Assembly: GCA_035527995.1 (NCBI GenBank)
Contig: DATKZJ010000033.1
Span: 1 to 44,042 of the forward strand
Direction: 5' to 3'
DNA length: 44,042 nt
From: Spirochaetota bacterium
GTDB lineage: Bacteria > Spirochaetota > B62-G9 > DRHN01
Shown piece after piece: positions 1-8,160 of the stretch (the first letter of the stretch is position 1; each line of letters starts with the position of its first letter). The position numbers were made by a program, and so were the translations under genes. The notes under the pieces were generated by a model that saw only the letters and a program-made list of their open reading frames with translations, searched no databases and had not been told where the DNA came from.

Positions 1-10
1 AAGATTTTGT

Positions 11-46
11 CCGCGGCCATATAGAGAAAGCGAAGCCGCGGTTTTT
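11..46 (+). terminator. Putative intrinsic terminator of an off-window upstream + strand gene
   Basis: Perfect 7-bp inverted repeat CCGCGGC (11-17) / GCCGCGG (35-41) followed directly by TTTTT (42-46). The 17-nt loop is long and weakens the call. Confidence 0.35.
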
Positions 47-70
47 ACGATATATGGATGAAGATACGTT

Positions 71-1918
71 TTGATCGACGTCGTAGCGAAGGGGGTTACG
101 TTGAAGGGATATAAAGGATCCATCCTGAGGATCAATCTATCTACAGGAACTGTAAAAAAGGAGCGTCTTGCTGCAGAAATGACACAACGATGGATCGGCG
201 GCAAGGGGTTCGGCGGGTATCTGAACTACAAGGAGAACCGGCCGGGTGCAGATGCCCTTTCTCCTGAAAACAAGCTCATTTTCGCTTCAGGGCCGGGTGC
301 AGGTACTATACTGCCCACGGCCACGAGAATTGGTCTTTTCTCGAACTCACCGCTCAACGATCGTTGCATCGATTCATACGTGGGCGGAAGCATCGGGCAT
401 TTCTTGAAGAAGGCTGGCTACGATATCGTGATAATTGAGGGGAAGGCCGATACTCCGAGCTACATAAAGATCGTGGATGAAAAGGTTACCATAGAGAGCG
501 CAGAAGGCCTCTGGGGAAGGCAGATATACGAGACAGAGGACCTGCTGAAAGAGGAACTCGGAAAGTCTGCAAGGGTACTATCGATAGGGAAGGCGGGGGA
601 GACACTCGTCCGGTACGCCTGTATAGGTAACGACCGGCACAGGCATTTCGGGAGGATGGGCTCCGGAGCCATCATGGGGTCCAAGCTGCTCAAAGCGATC
701 GCAGTGACTGGGACCGGAGATGTGGAGGTGCATGATCCGGAAGGGCTGAAAAGTTACGTCCGGGACTTGGGCAGGAGGATAAAGGAGAACCCCAGCACAG
801 GAACCGTATATCCTCAGGCGGGGACGCCGAGCTTTGTGAAGGCGGGCAATGAGCTCGGGGTTTTTCCCAGCCACTACTGGCACAGGGGACAGGCTGTGCA
901 CGCGGAGCGGCTCACGTTCGAATACATGAGAGAAAACACCCTCATGAAACAGACACGCTGCTTCGGATGCCCTATAGGGTGTGCACACATCAACAGGATA
1001 CAGGACGGCCCGCATGCCGGGATCGAGATCGACGGACCCGAGTACGAGACGATCTACGCATTCGGAGGGCTTTGTGATGTCGGGGACATCCGTGAGGTGA
1101 TAGAGCTGAACGATCTGTGCGACCGTCTCGGTATCGATACGATTTCAGCAGGAAACGTGCTCGGGCTCCTGATGGATGCCACGGAGCAGGGGAGGATCCC
1201 GAAAGAGTATGATATCCGGTTCGGCGATACCGAAAAGATGCTCGTTTTCATCGAGAAGATAGCGTCAAGGGAAGGTGGCTGGTGGATCCTCGGGGAGGGA
1301 ACGGAAAAGGTCTCGGAACATTTCGGCCTGCAGGATATCGCTGTCCATGTGAAAGGGCTCGAGCCTGCAGGGTTCGACCCGAGAGGATTGCAGAGCATGG
1401 CGGTAACGTATGGAGTCGGTAACCGCGGGGCTAGCCACCTCACCTCAAACGCCTACGCGCGCGATATAGGGGGGAAGGCGAGGGACCACGAGCTCGCAGG
1501 TGAAGACAAGACCCTGGACCGGTTTTCTCTCGAAAGAAAGGCGGAGCTGGTCTACAACATGATCAACTTCAACGCCATCGCAGACTGCATGATACTGTGC
1601 AGGTTCCTCAACAGGGACCTTCTCACATGGGACGACTATTCCAAGATGCTCTACCTTCTCACCGGAATAGAGAAGGGTCGTGACGAGCTCGAGCGGACGG
1701 CAAACGATATCGTAACGATCGGAAGGCTCTGGAATATCAACGGCGGGCTCACATCCGGAGATGATCTGCTGCCCGAGCGATTCTACAACGAGCCCATCGG
1801 ACTTGAGAATACTCAGGGACACACAGTTTCAAGAGAGAATTATGAACGGCAGATACATTCGTACTACGGCATGAGAAACTGGGATGAAAAGGGAGTTCCC
1901 AGGCAGAACCCAATGTGA
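71..1918 (+). CDS. aor: Aldehyde:ferredoxin oxidoreductase family protein (tungstopterin/4Fe-4S type)
   Basis: 615-aa ORF with an AOR-like N-terminus (KGYKGSILRINLSTG), the C-x2-C-x3-C cluster motif CFGCPIGC, and a length typical of the family. The ORF opens at TTG 71. The in-frame TTG at 101, preceded by GAAGGGGG, is the likelier start. Confidence 0.88.
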   Translation: MIDVVAKGVTLKGYKGSILRINLSTGTVKKERLAAEMTQRWIGGKGFGGYLNYKENRPGADALSPENKLIFASGPGAGTILPTATRIGLFSNSPLNDRCIDSYVGGSIGHFLKKAGYDIVIIEGKADTPSYIKIVDEKVTIESAEGLWGRQIYETEDLLKEELGKSARVLSIGKAGETLVRYACIGNDRHRHFGRMGSGAIMGSKLLKAIAVTGTGDVEVHDPEGLKSYVRDLGRRIKENPSTGTVYPQAGTPSFVKAGNELGVFPSHYWHRGQAVHAERLTFEYMRENTLMKQTRCFGCPIGCAHINRIQDGPHAGIEIDGPEYETIYAFGGLCDVGDIREVIELNDLCDRLGIDTISAGNVLGLLMDATEQGRIPKEYDIRFGDTEKMLVFIEKIASREGGWWILGEGTEKVSEHFGLQDIAVHVKGLEPAGFDPRGLQSMAVTYGVGNRGASHLTSNAYARDIGGKARDHELAGEDKTLDRFSLERKAELVYNMINFNAIADCMILCRFLNRDLLTWDDYSKMLYLLTGIEKGRDELERTANDIVTIGRLWNINGGLTSGDDLLPERFYNEPIGLENTQGHTVSRENYERQIHSYYGMRNWDEKGVPRQNPM

Positions 1919-2230
1919 CCTTAAGTTTCATGATACCATAGGGAGCAATACGAAGGACTCGATTCATGTGCGGGATAGAGTTTCGGCAAGTTTCATTTTG
2001 GTGGCTCCGGGATGACGTTCACAGGGGATTTCTTCAATGCCGCAGGTCTCCTTTGTTTCGGCATAGGGGCCCGTGGGGGTGGTTTACAAGAAAAAGAGGG
2101 TGCGGCAATCTTAAAGAACAGATCGGGAACAGACAGAAACGAGATAGAAGAAAGCGGTGAAGCCGGATCTATAGAAGGGTTTGGGCATAAGACAGAGCGA
2201 AAGATAAAGCTATAAAAAGTAGAGTGCGTT

Positions 2231-3286
2231 ATGAAGTACGATGAGAAAGAGCTTCTGGCAAAGGCAAAGAGGCCCGGTGAGGTCGCATCGAAGCTCCACC
2301 GGCTCTATCAGGGTAAGATAGAGGTGCTGCCCCGGTGCAGGGTAAAGAAGCTCAGCGACTTTAATGTCTGGTATACTCCGGGGGTTGCGGCCACGTGCAG
2401 GGAGATACAGAAGAACAGGGAGTTGGTATACGAGTATACGTGCAAATGGAACACTGTTGCCGTAATATCGGACGGAACGCGTGTGCTCGGACTCGGAGAC
2501 ATCGGCCCTGAGGCGGCGATGCCCGTTATGGAGGGCAAGTCGCTCCTCTTCAAGTACCTAGGCGACGTTGATGCGTTCCCTCTCTGCCTCGATACGAAGG
2601 ACCCGGAGCGGTTTATCGAAACGGTGAAGATCCTGCAGCCTTCGCTTGGAGGTGTAAACTTAGAAGACATCTCGCAGCCGAAGTGTTTTTACATACTTGA
2701 TCGATTGAGAAAGGAGTGCTCTATTCCTGTATGGCACGATGATCAGCAGGGTACGGCGGCTGTTATCGTTGCAGGACTGATGAATGCGGTGAAGGTGAAG
2801 AAGGAGTGGATTTCGCGAATGGCGAACAATTCCATTGTTTTCGTATGCGCGAATCCCGTGCCTGAAATCTGGCCATGGGAGGCAAAGGAGGCAGGCGCCA
2901 GGGTCGTTGCGACGGGCAGGAGCGATTTTCCCAACCAGGTTAATAACTCTCTGGGTTTTCCCGGAATATTCCGCGGCACCCTCGATGTGCGTGCCAGGAC
3001 GATAACCGATGAAATGTGCATCGAAGCTGCACGTGAGCTGGCAAAGACGGCCGAAGATCGGGGTCTCAGGGACGACTACATCATCCCGACGATGGATGAG
3101 TGGGAGGTCTTTCCGAGAGAGGCGGCTGCTGTGGGGATGAAGGCGATAGAGCAGGGCATCGCGCTTCAGCCGCTGGAGAAAGATGAGCTCTACAGAAGGG
3201 CGGAATCGATTATAAGAACAGCGCGAGAGAAAACGAAGATGCTGTTCGAAAAGGGGTTTATTACCGACCATGATGAGGATTTTTGA
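2231..3286 (+). CDS. Malic enzyme (NAD(P)-dependent malate dehydrogenase, decarboxylating) lacking the central dinucleotide-binding segment
   Basis: Conserved malic-enzyme blocks are present: YTPGVA, WNTVAVISDGTRVLGLGDIGP, PVMEGKSLLFK, GGVNLEDISQPKCF, IPVWHDDQQGTA, then VFVCANPVPEI and ATGRSDFPNQVNNSLGFPGIFRG. The roughly 80-100 aa that normally lie between HDDQ.GTA...NA.K and ...ANPVPEI, including the GxGxxG loop, are absent. See the finding at 2786-2803. Confidence 0.8.
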   Translation: MKYDEKELLAKAKRPGEVASKLHRLYQGKIEVLPRCRVKKLSDFNVWYTPGVAATCREIQKNRELVYEYTCKWNTVAVISDGTRVLGLGDIGPEAAMPVMEGKSLLFKYLGDVDAFPLCLDTKDPERFIETVKILQPSLGGVNLEDISQPKCFYILDRLRKECSIPVWHDDQQGTAAVIVAGLMNAVKVKKEWISRMANNSIVFVCANPVPEIWPWEAKEAGARVVATGRSDFPNQVNNSLGFPGIFRGTLDVRARTITDEMCIEAARELAKTAEDRGLRDDYIIPTMDEWEVFPREAAAVGMKAIEQGIALQPLEKDELYRRAESIIRTAREKTKMLFEKGFITDHDEDF

Positions 3287-3301
3287 CGGAGGACAAAAGC
3301 C

Positions 3302-4159
3302 ATGGGTGGAAAGCCTCGAACTGTAGATCTGCAAGAGGTGAAAAAGGCGGTAAAGAGTTTGAGCATCAGCGCCTGTACGGACCTGAACAGAGACGTAGAA
3401 GAGTCCTTCAAGCGGGCGATTGAGAAAGAGGAATCTCCCGTAGGCAGGGCAATATTCGAACAGCTTCTGAAGAATGCAGACATTGCCAGGCAGCAATCCA
3501 TACCCATATGCCAAGATACAGGGTTCACCGTGGTGTTTCTGGAGATAGGACAGGACGTTTCCTTCAGCGGGGGGTATCTGGGGGATGCGATTTCAGAGGG
3601 TGTGAGCGAGGCATATAAAGAGGGTTACCTGAGGAAATCGATTGTGAAGAACGCGTATACAAACCCTGAGAACACGGGTGACAACACCCCACCGATCGTC
3701 CATACCCGGATCGTCCCGGGAGACAGGGTAAAGATAACGGTGCTTCCCAAGGGTGGCGGCTCGGAAAACATGAGCAGGATAAAGATGATGAAGCCTGCCG
3801 ACGGTATGGAGGGAGTGCGCGACTTTGTCGTGGAGACCGTAAGGGGCGCAGGTGCGAACCCCTGTCCTCCTATTCTGGTGGGGGTCGGTCTCGGAGGAAC
3901 GTTTGATTATGTGGCGTACCTTGCAAAGAAGTCGTTACTGCGGGAGATAGGGGAGAGAAATCCAGACCCTGAGCTCGCCCGCTATGAGGTGGAGTGGCTC
4001 GAAACAATAAACAGACTCGGTATCGGTCCGGCAGGGCTCGGCGGAAGGTTCACCGCTCTGGATCTCTTTATTGAGGCGTTCCCGCGTCATATTGCCTCGT
4101 ATCCGGCGGCGGTCAACATCCAGTGCCATGCCGCACGAAGCAAAACGCATACGCTGTAG
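3302..4159 (+). CDS. fumA: Class I (Fe-S) fumarate hydratase, alpha subunit (L(+)-tartrate dehydratase alpha not excluded)
   Basis: 285 aa with the hydro-lyase alpha signature ICQDTGFTVVFLEIGQDV. Start lies 15 nt after the malic enzyme stop. The neighbouring malate and succinate enzymes favour fumarase. Confidence 0.82.
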   Translation: MGGKPRTVDLQEVKKAVKSLSISACTDLNRDVEESFKRAIEKEESPVGRAIFEQLLKNADIARQQSIPICQDTGFTVVFLEIGQDVSFSGGYLGDAISEGVSEAYKEGYLRKSIVKNAYTNPENTGDNTPPIVHTRIVPGDRVKITVLPKGGGSENMSRIKMMKPADGMEGVRDFVVETVRGAGANPCPPILVGVGLGGTFDYVAYLAKKSLLREIGERNPDPELARYEVEWLETINRLGIGPAGLGGRFTALDLFIEAFPRHIASYPAAVNIQCHAARSKTHTL

Positions 4160-4184
4160 AAACAACGAAGGGTACGGAGGAACA

Positions 4185-4739
4185 ATGGGAGACAAAAAGG
4201 TTGAAGCGCCGTTGACAGCCGAGACGGTCAAAAACCTCAAAGCAGGGGACGGCGTTCTGCTCTCAGGAGTCATATATACTGCGCGCGATGCTGCACATAA
4301 GAGGCTCGTGGATCTTATCGACAAAGGTGGACAGCTTCCTTTTGATCCGGAGGGGAGCGTCATCTATTATGTCGGCCCGTCTCCCGCTCCTCCAGGACAC
4401 GTGATAGGCGCTGCCGGACCGACGACGAGCTGCAGGATGGACAGCTACACGCCTCTGCTCTTGAAGCACGGAGTAAAGGGGATGATAGGCAAGGGGCAGC
4501 GGTCCGCTGAGGTCAAAAGGGCAATACAGGAGTATACGGCCGTTTACTTCGGAGCGACCGGAGGGGCGGCAGCGCTGATATCAGGAGCCATCGTGGAGGC
4601 GAAGATGATCGCATTCGATGATCTCGGGACCGAAGCGGTTCGACGGCTCGTTGTAAAGGAGATGCCTCTTGTAGTGATAAACGACTGTTACGGGAGGGAT
4701 CTCTATATAGAAGGAAAAAGAAAGTGGTCTCGAGAGTAG
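4185..4739 (+). CDS. fumB: Class I (Fe-S) fumarate hydratase, beta subunit
   Basis: The track ORF opens at 4071 but overlaps fumA. ATG 4185, preceded by GGAGG (4176-4180), gives MGDKKVEAPL... with the beta-subunit blocks SGVIYTARDAAHKRL and GPSPAPPGHVIGAAGPTTS. Confidence 0.82.
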   Translation: MGDKKVEAPLTAETVKNLKAGDGVLLSGVIYTARDAAHKRLVDLIDKGGQLPFDPEGSVIYYVGPSPAPPGHVIGAAGPTTSCRMDSYTPLLLKHGVKGMIGKGQRSAEVKRAIQEYTAVYFGATGGAAALISGAIVEAKMIAFDDLGTEAVRRLVVKEMPLVVINDCYGRDLYIEGKRKWSRE

Positions 4740-4847
4740 AAAGGGGCTGGTGTGATGGATAGACCGAATGCGGAGTCTGCTGCTTTTAAAAGTAATGAAA
4801 TCGGGGCTGATCGCAACGACTACGTTCTGAAGAGGAAGGATCGATCC

Positions 4848-5255
4848 ATGAATTTAAAGCTTTCTTCAAAAGAGTTGAAAAAAGAGGGTATTGAAAAAAC
4901 AGTAGAGATAAGCGAGGCGAACATATATTCCTGCTATCAGTGCGGAAAGTGCACTGCAGGGTGCCCGACCTCGGAGTTCATGGATATACCGCCGCATGAG
5001 GTGATAAGGCTTTTACAGCTGGGACAGATCGAAGAAATATTGAACGAAAACACCATCTGGATCTGTGCCTCCTGCATTACCTGCGCTGTTCGGTGTCCGA
5101 AAGGGGTGGACCTGTCAAAGATAATGGAGGCCTTGAGGCAGATCGTCCTGAGAAAGAATGTTAACCATGTTCATCCGAACAAAGTCTCGAAAGAGAAGCT
5201 GCAGACATTGCCGCAGATTGCTCTTATTGCGAATTTCCGCAAGTTCACTCATTAG
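4848..5255 (+). CDS. hdrC: Heterodisulfide reductase subunit C-like 2x[4Fe-4S] protein
   Basis: Two C-x2-C-x2-C-x3-CP motifs (CYQCGKCTAGCP, CASCITCAVRCP) separated by the HdrC-type helix PPHEVIRLLQLGQ. The start is ambiguous: GTG 4752, ATG 4755, or ATG 4848. I favour 4848 because GAGGAAGGA lies upstream of it. Confidence 0.8.
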   Translation: MNLKLSSKELKKEGIEKTVEISEANIYSCYQCGKCTAGCPTSEFMDIPPHEVIRLLQLGQIEEILNENTIWICASCITCAVRCPKGVDLSKIMEALRQIVLRKNVNHVHPNKVSKEKLQTLPQIALIANFRKFTH

Positions 5256-5298
5256 CGCGAAAGAAGAGCAAATACAATACGGGGAGTTATAGATACTA

Positions 5299-6183
5299 AT
5301 GGAAACCGTATCTTATATGCCGGGATGCACTTTAAAGACAGCAGGAAAAAATTTCGAAGAATCGGCTATAAGGCTTCTGGAAATACTAGGCGTTACGGTT
5401 GAAGAGCTCGAACGATGGTTCTGCTGCGGCACGACCTATTCTTTGTCCTCTGACAACCTTATGAACCACCTTGCGCCTGTAAGGACTCTGCTCCGTGCAA
5501 AAGAGACCGGCAGGCGGGAACTACTGGTTCTCTGTTCGATGTGCTACAATACGCTGCGAAGAACTCAGGACCTCGTGCTTCACGATCAAGAGAAGCGTGA
5601 CAAGATAAATGAATTCATGTATCGAGAAGAAACGACATTCAGCGGAGATGAAGTCAGGGTTGTTCATCTTCTCAACTATTTGAAAGATAACGTCGGATTT
5701 GAAAGGGTAGCCGAACACATTATCAGGAAGCCGTCGGATTTGAAAATAGCGCTCTATTATGGATGTATGCTCCTCCGCCCGGAAGAGGTCTCGATCGACG
5801 AGTCTTCGGAAGATCCTGTTATCATGGAGGAGCTTTTTTCATCATGCGGTATCGAGCCCGTATATTTTCCCTTTAAAACCGAGTGCTGCGGCTCATATCA
5901 GACGGTGAATAAAATAGATATCGTCCTGTCGAGGGCAGAACAGATCATAGATTCCGCCGTGAATAACGGCGCCGATATGATTGTTACCTCCTGCCCTCTC
6001 TGCTACCATAATCTCGATTCTTCTCAGGAAAGACTGGCCGATACGGTGTTCGGCTTCAGGAATATTCCTGTCATATACATAAGTCAGTTGTTGGCGTTAT
6101 TGGTCGGGGCGGGCGATGCAGCAGATTACAGTCTGCACTCGGTCGATCCGAGGCCTGTTTTAAAAGAAAAAGGATTGATTTGA
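5299..6183 (+). CDS. hdrB: Heterodisulfide reductase subunit B-like protein (two CCG domains)
   Basis: 294 aa with two CCG-domain signatures (WFCCGTTY, ECCGSYQ) and terminal C-x2-C motifs (CSMCYN, CPLCYHN). This is the only CCG-domain protein in the window. Confidence 0.85.
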   Translation: METVSYMPGCTLKTAGKNFEESAIRLLEILGVTVEELERWFCCGTTYSLSSDNLMNHLAPVRTLLRAKETGRRELLVLCSMCYNTLRRTQDLVLHDQEKRDKINEFMYREETTFSGDEVRVVHLLNYLKDNVGFERVAEHIIRKPSDLKIALYYGCMLLRPEEVSIDESSEDPVIMEELFSSCGIEPVYFPFKTECCGSYQTVNKIDIVLSRAEQIIDSAVNNGADMIVTSCPLCYHNLDSSQERLADTVFGFRNIPVIYISQLLALLVGAGDAADYSLHSVDPRPVLKEKGLI

Positions 6184-8150
6184 TGATTGTGGGTAAACGT
6201 CTGAACAGCATCGGTGTTTTTATCTGCCACTGCGGGATAAACATTGCTTCCATCGTCGACATCGAAGAGGTAAAAAAACAGCTTTCCGTCTATCCCGGAG
6301 TCGAGTTTGTGAAAGATTACCAGTACATGTGCTCAGAACCGGGGCAGTTGCTGTTCAAACAAGCGTGCGGTTCTGGAACAGTCGAAGGGGTTGTAGTTGC
6401 ATCCTGCTCGCCTAGGCTCCATGAAACGACATTTCGAAGGGCTGCGATCGAAGCCGGCATGAATCCGTATCGAATAGAGATAGCCAACATAAGGGAACAG
6501 TGTTCCTGGGTTCATCGCGATGAGAAAGAGAAGGCGACGGAAAAGGCCGTAGACATAATACAGAGCGTGATAGAACGCTCGAAACGCAACGAGTCTCTCA
6601 CTGCGGTTTCCATACAGACTACAAAGAAGGCGCTTGTTGTCGGGGCAGGTATCAGCGGGATGCAGGCGGCCCTGAATATAGCCAACAGCGGGGTCGAGAC
6701 GTATCTTCTCGACAGAGAGCCCTCCATCGGCGGGCGTATGGCCCAGCTTTCAGAAACCTTTCCGACACTGGACTGTTCGCAGTGTATCATGACGCCGCGC
6801 ATGGTCGAGGTGGGGCAGAACAGGAACATTACGCTCTTGACCTACTCCGATGTCGAGGAGGTATCGGGGTATGTCGGTAATTTCAAAGTAAAAGTACGCC
6901 GAAAGGCGGCGTATGTCGACTGGGACACGTGTACAGGCTGCGGCATATGTTCTGAAAAGTGTCCAAAAAAAGTCCCTTCCCAGTTTGATCGCTTGCTAGG
7001 CCATCGCAAGGCGATTTATAGCCCCTTTCCTCAGGCTGTTCCGAACAAGACCGTTATCGATAAGGAGAACTGTCTCTATTTTAAGACAGGCAGGTGTCGG
7101 CTCTGCGCCAAGGCCTGCCCGCTCGGAGCGATCGATTTCGAGCAAAAAGACAGGATCGAAGAGATCGAGGTAGGTGCTATTGTTGTGGCAACAGGCTATG
7201 ACCTCTACGAGAAGGAAAAGATCGAAGAGTACAGAATCGGATATTGTGAGGACGTGGTTGATGGGCTGGCCTTCGAGCGGCTCCTTTCCTCTTCGGGTCC
7301 GACGCAGGGCAAGGTCGTCCGTCCCTCCGACGGAACCGTACCGAAAGAGGTGGTATTCATACAGTGTGTGGGGTCGCGCGATCCCAACAATCATCTGCCC
7401 TACTGTTCACGTATCTGCTGTATGTACACGGCAAAGCATGCCATGCTCTACAAGCACAGGGTACCGGACGGGCAGCCGTATGTTTTTTACATGGACATTC
7501 GTTCGGGCGGAAAAAACTATGAGGAGTTCGTTCAGAGGACAATTGAAGAGGAAAAGGTTTTATATATCCGGGGCAGAGTGGCGAGGTTGTACCGGGAAAA
7601 CAACAAGGTCGTTGTCGTTGGCGCAGATACTCTCTCAGGGAAAAAGATCGAGATCAGGGCGGACATGGTCGTTCTGGCAATGGCAATGCGCCCTTCCGGA
7701 GGGATCGAGGAGTTGTCCAAAAAACTCAAGATACAGATCGACGGGAACGGATTTCTGGCGGAAGCGCATCCCAAACTTCGCCCTGTGGAAACACTGACCC
7801 AGGGCATTTTCCTCGCGGGCTGTGCGCAGGCGCCGAAAGATATCACTGATACGGTGTCCCAGGCAGGTGCGGCGGCCTCCATGGTGCTGGAACTTCTTTC
7901 GAATGAAGAGCTCTCGCATGACCCCACCACCTCATGGATAGACGAAGAGTTGTGTGCAGGGTGCGGTCAGTGTGTCTCCCAGTGCGCCTATAATGCTATA
8001 GAGCTCGACGAGAAAAAGAAAAAGGCGCATGTCAATGAAATACTGTGCCAGGGGTGCGGGGCATGTATCGTTACATGTCCGTCCGGTGCGGTGCATCAGA
8101 GGAATTTCACGATGAGTCAGTACTATTCGATGATCGAATCACTGGTATGA
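6183..8150 (+). CDS. hdrA: Heterodisulfide reductase subunit A-like FAD/FeS protein (canonical length)
   Basis: N-terminal Cys domain IGVFICHCGINIAS, the FAD Rossmann motif VVGAGISGMQAAL, DCSQCIMTPR, inserted ferredoxin motifs CTGCGICSEKCP, IQCVGSRD...YCSRICCMY, and the C-terminal ferredoxin CAGCGQCVSQC...CQGCGACIVTCP. ATG 6183 overlaps the hdrB stop by 1 nt. Confidence 0.9.
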   Translation: MIVGKRLNSIGVFICHCGINIASIVDIEEVKKQLSVYPGVEFVKDYQYMCSEPGQLLFKQACGSGTVEGVVVASCSPRLHETTFRRAAIEAGMNPYRIEIANIREQCSWVHRDEKEKATEKAVDIIQSVIERSKRNESLTAVSIQTTKKALVVGAGISGMQAALNIANSGVETYLLDREPSIGGRMAQLSETFPTLDCSQCIMTPRMVEVGQNRNITLLTYSDVEEVSGYVGNFKVKVRRKAAYVDWDTCTGCGICSEKCPKKVPSQFDRLLGHRKAIYSPFPQAVPNKTVIDKENCLYFKTGRCRLCAKACPLGAIDFEQKDRIEEIEVGAIVVATGYDLYEKEKIEEYRIGYCEDVVDGLAFERLLSSSGPTQGKVVRPSDGTVPKEVVFIQCVGSRDPNNHLPYCSRICCMYTAKHAMLYKHRVPDGQPYVFYMDIRSGGKNYEEFVQRTIEEEKVLYIRGRVARLYRENNKVVVVGADTLSGKKIEIRADMVVLAMAMRPSGGIEELSKKLKIQIDGNGFLAEAHPKLRPVETLTQGIFLAGCAQAPKDITDTVSQAGAAASMVLELLSNEELSHDPTTSWIDEELCAGCGQCVSQCAYNAIELDEKKKKAHVNEILCQGCGACIVTCPSGAVHQRNFTMSQYYSMIESLV

Positions 8151-8160
8151 GGATTGTTTC

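Noticed and set aside
2660-3514. 284-aa ORF on the - strand
   Set aside because: It is fully antisense to the well-supported malic enzyme and fumA genes. The translation is Arg/Leu-rich with no recognisable motif. This is a shadow ORF.
4071-4184. N-terminal extension of the fumB ORF
   Set aside because: It overlaps the fumA 3' end in another frame and is Arg-rich. ATG 4185 with a GGAGG RBS gives the normal beta-subunit N-terminus.
6207-6232. A 26-nt stretch nearly identical (25 of 26) to 10946-10971
   Set aside because: Both encode the conserved HdrA N-terminal motif IGVFICHCG in paralogous genes. This is coding conservation, not a mobile or regulatory repeat.
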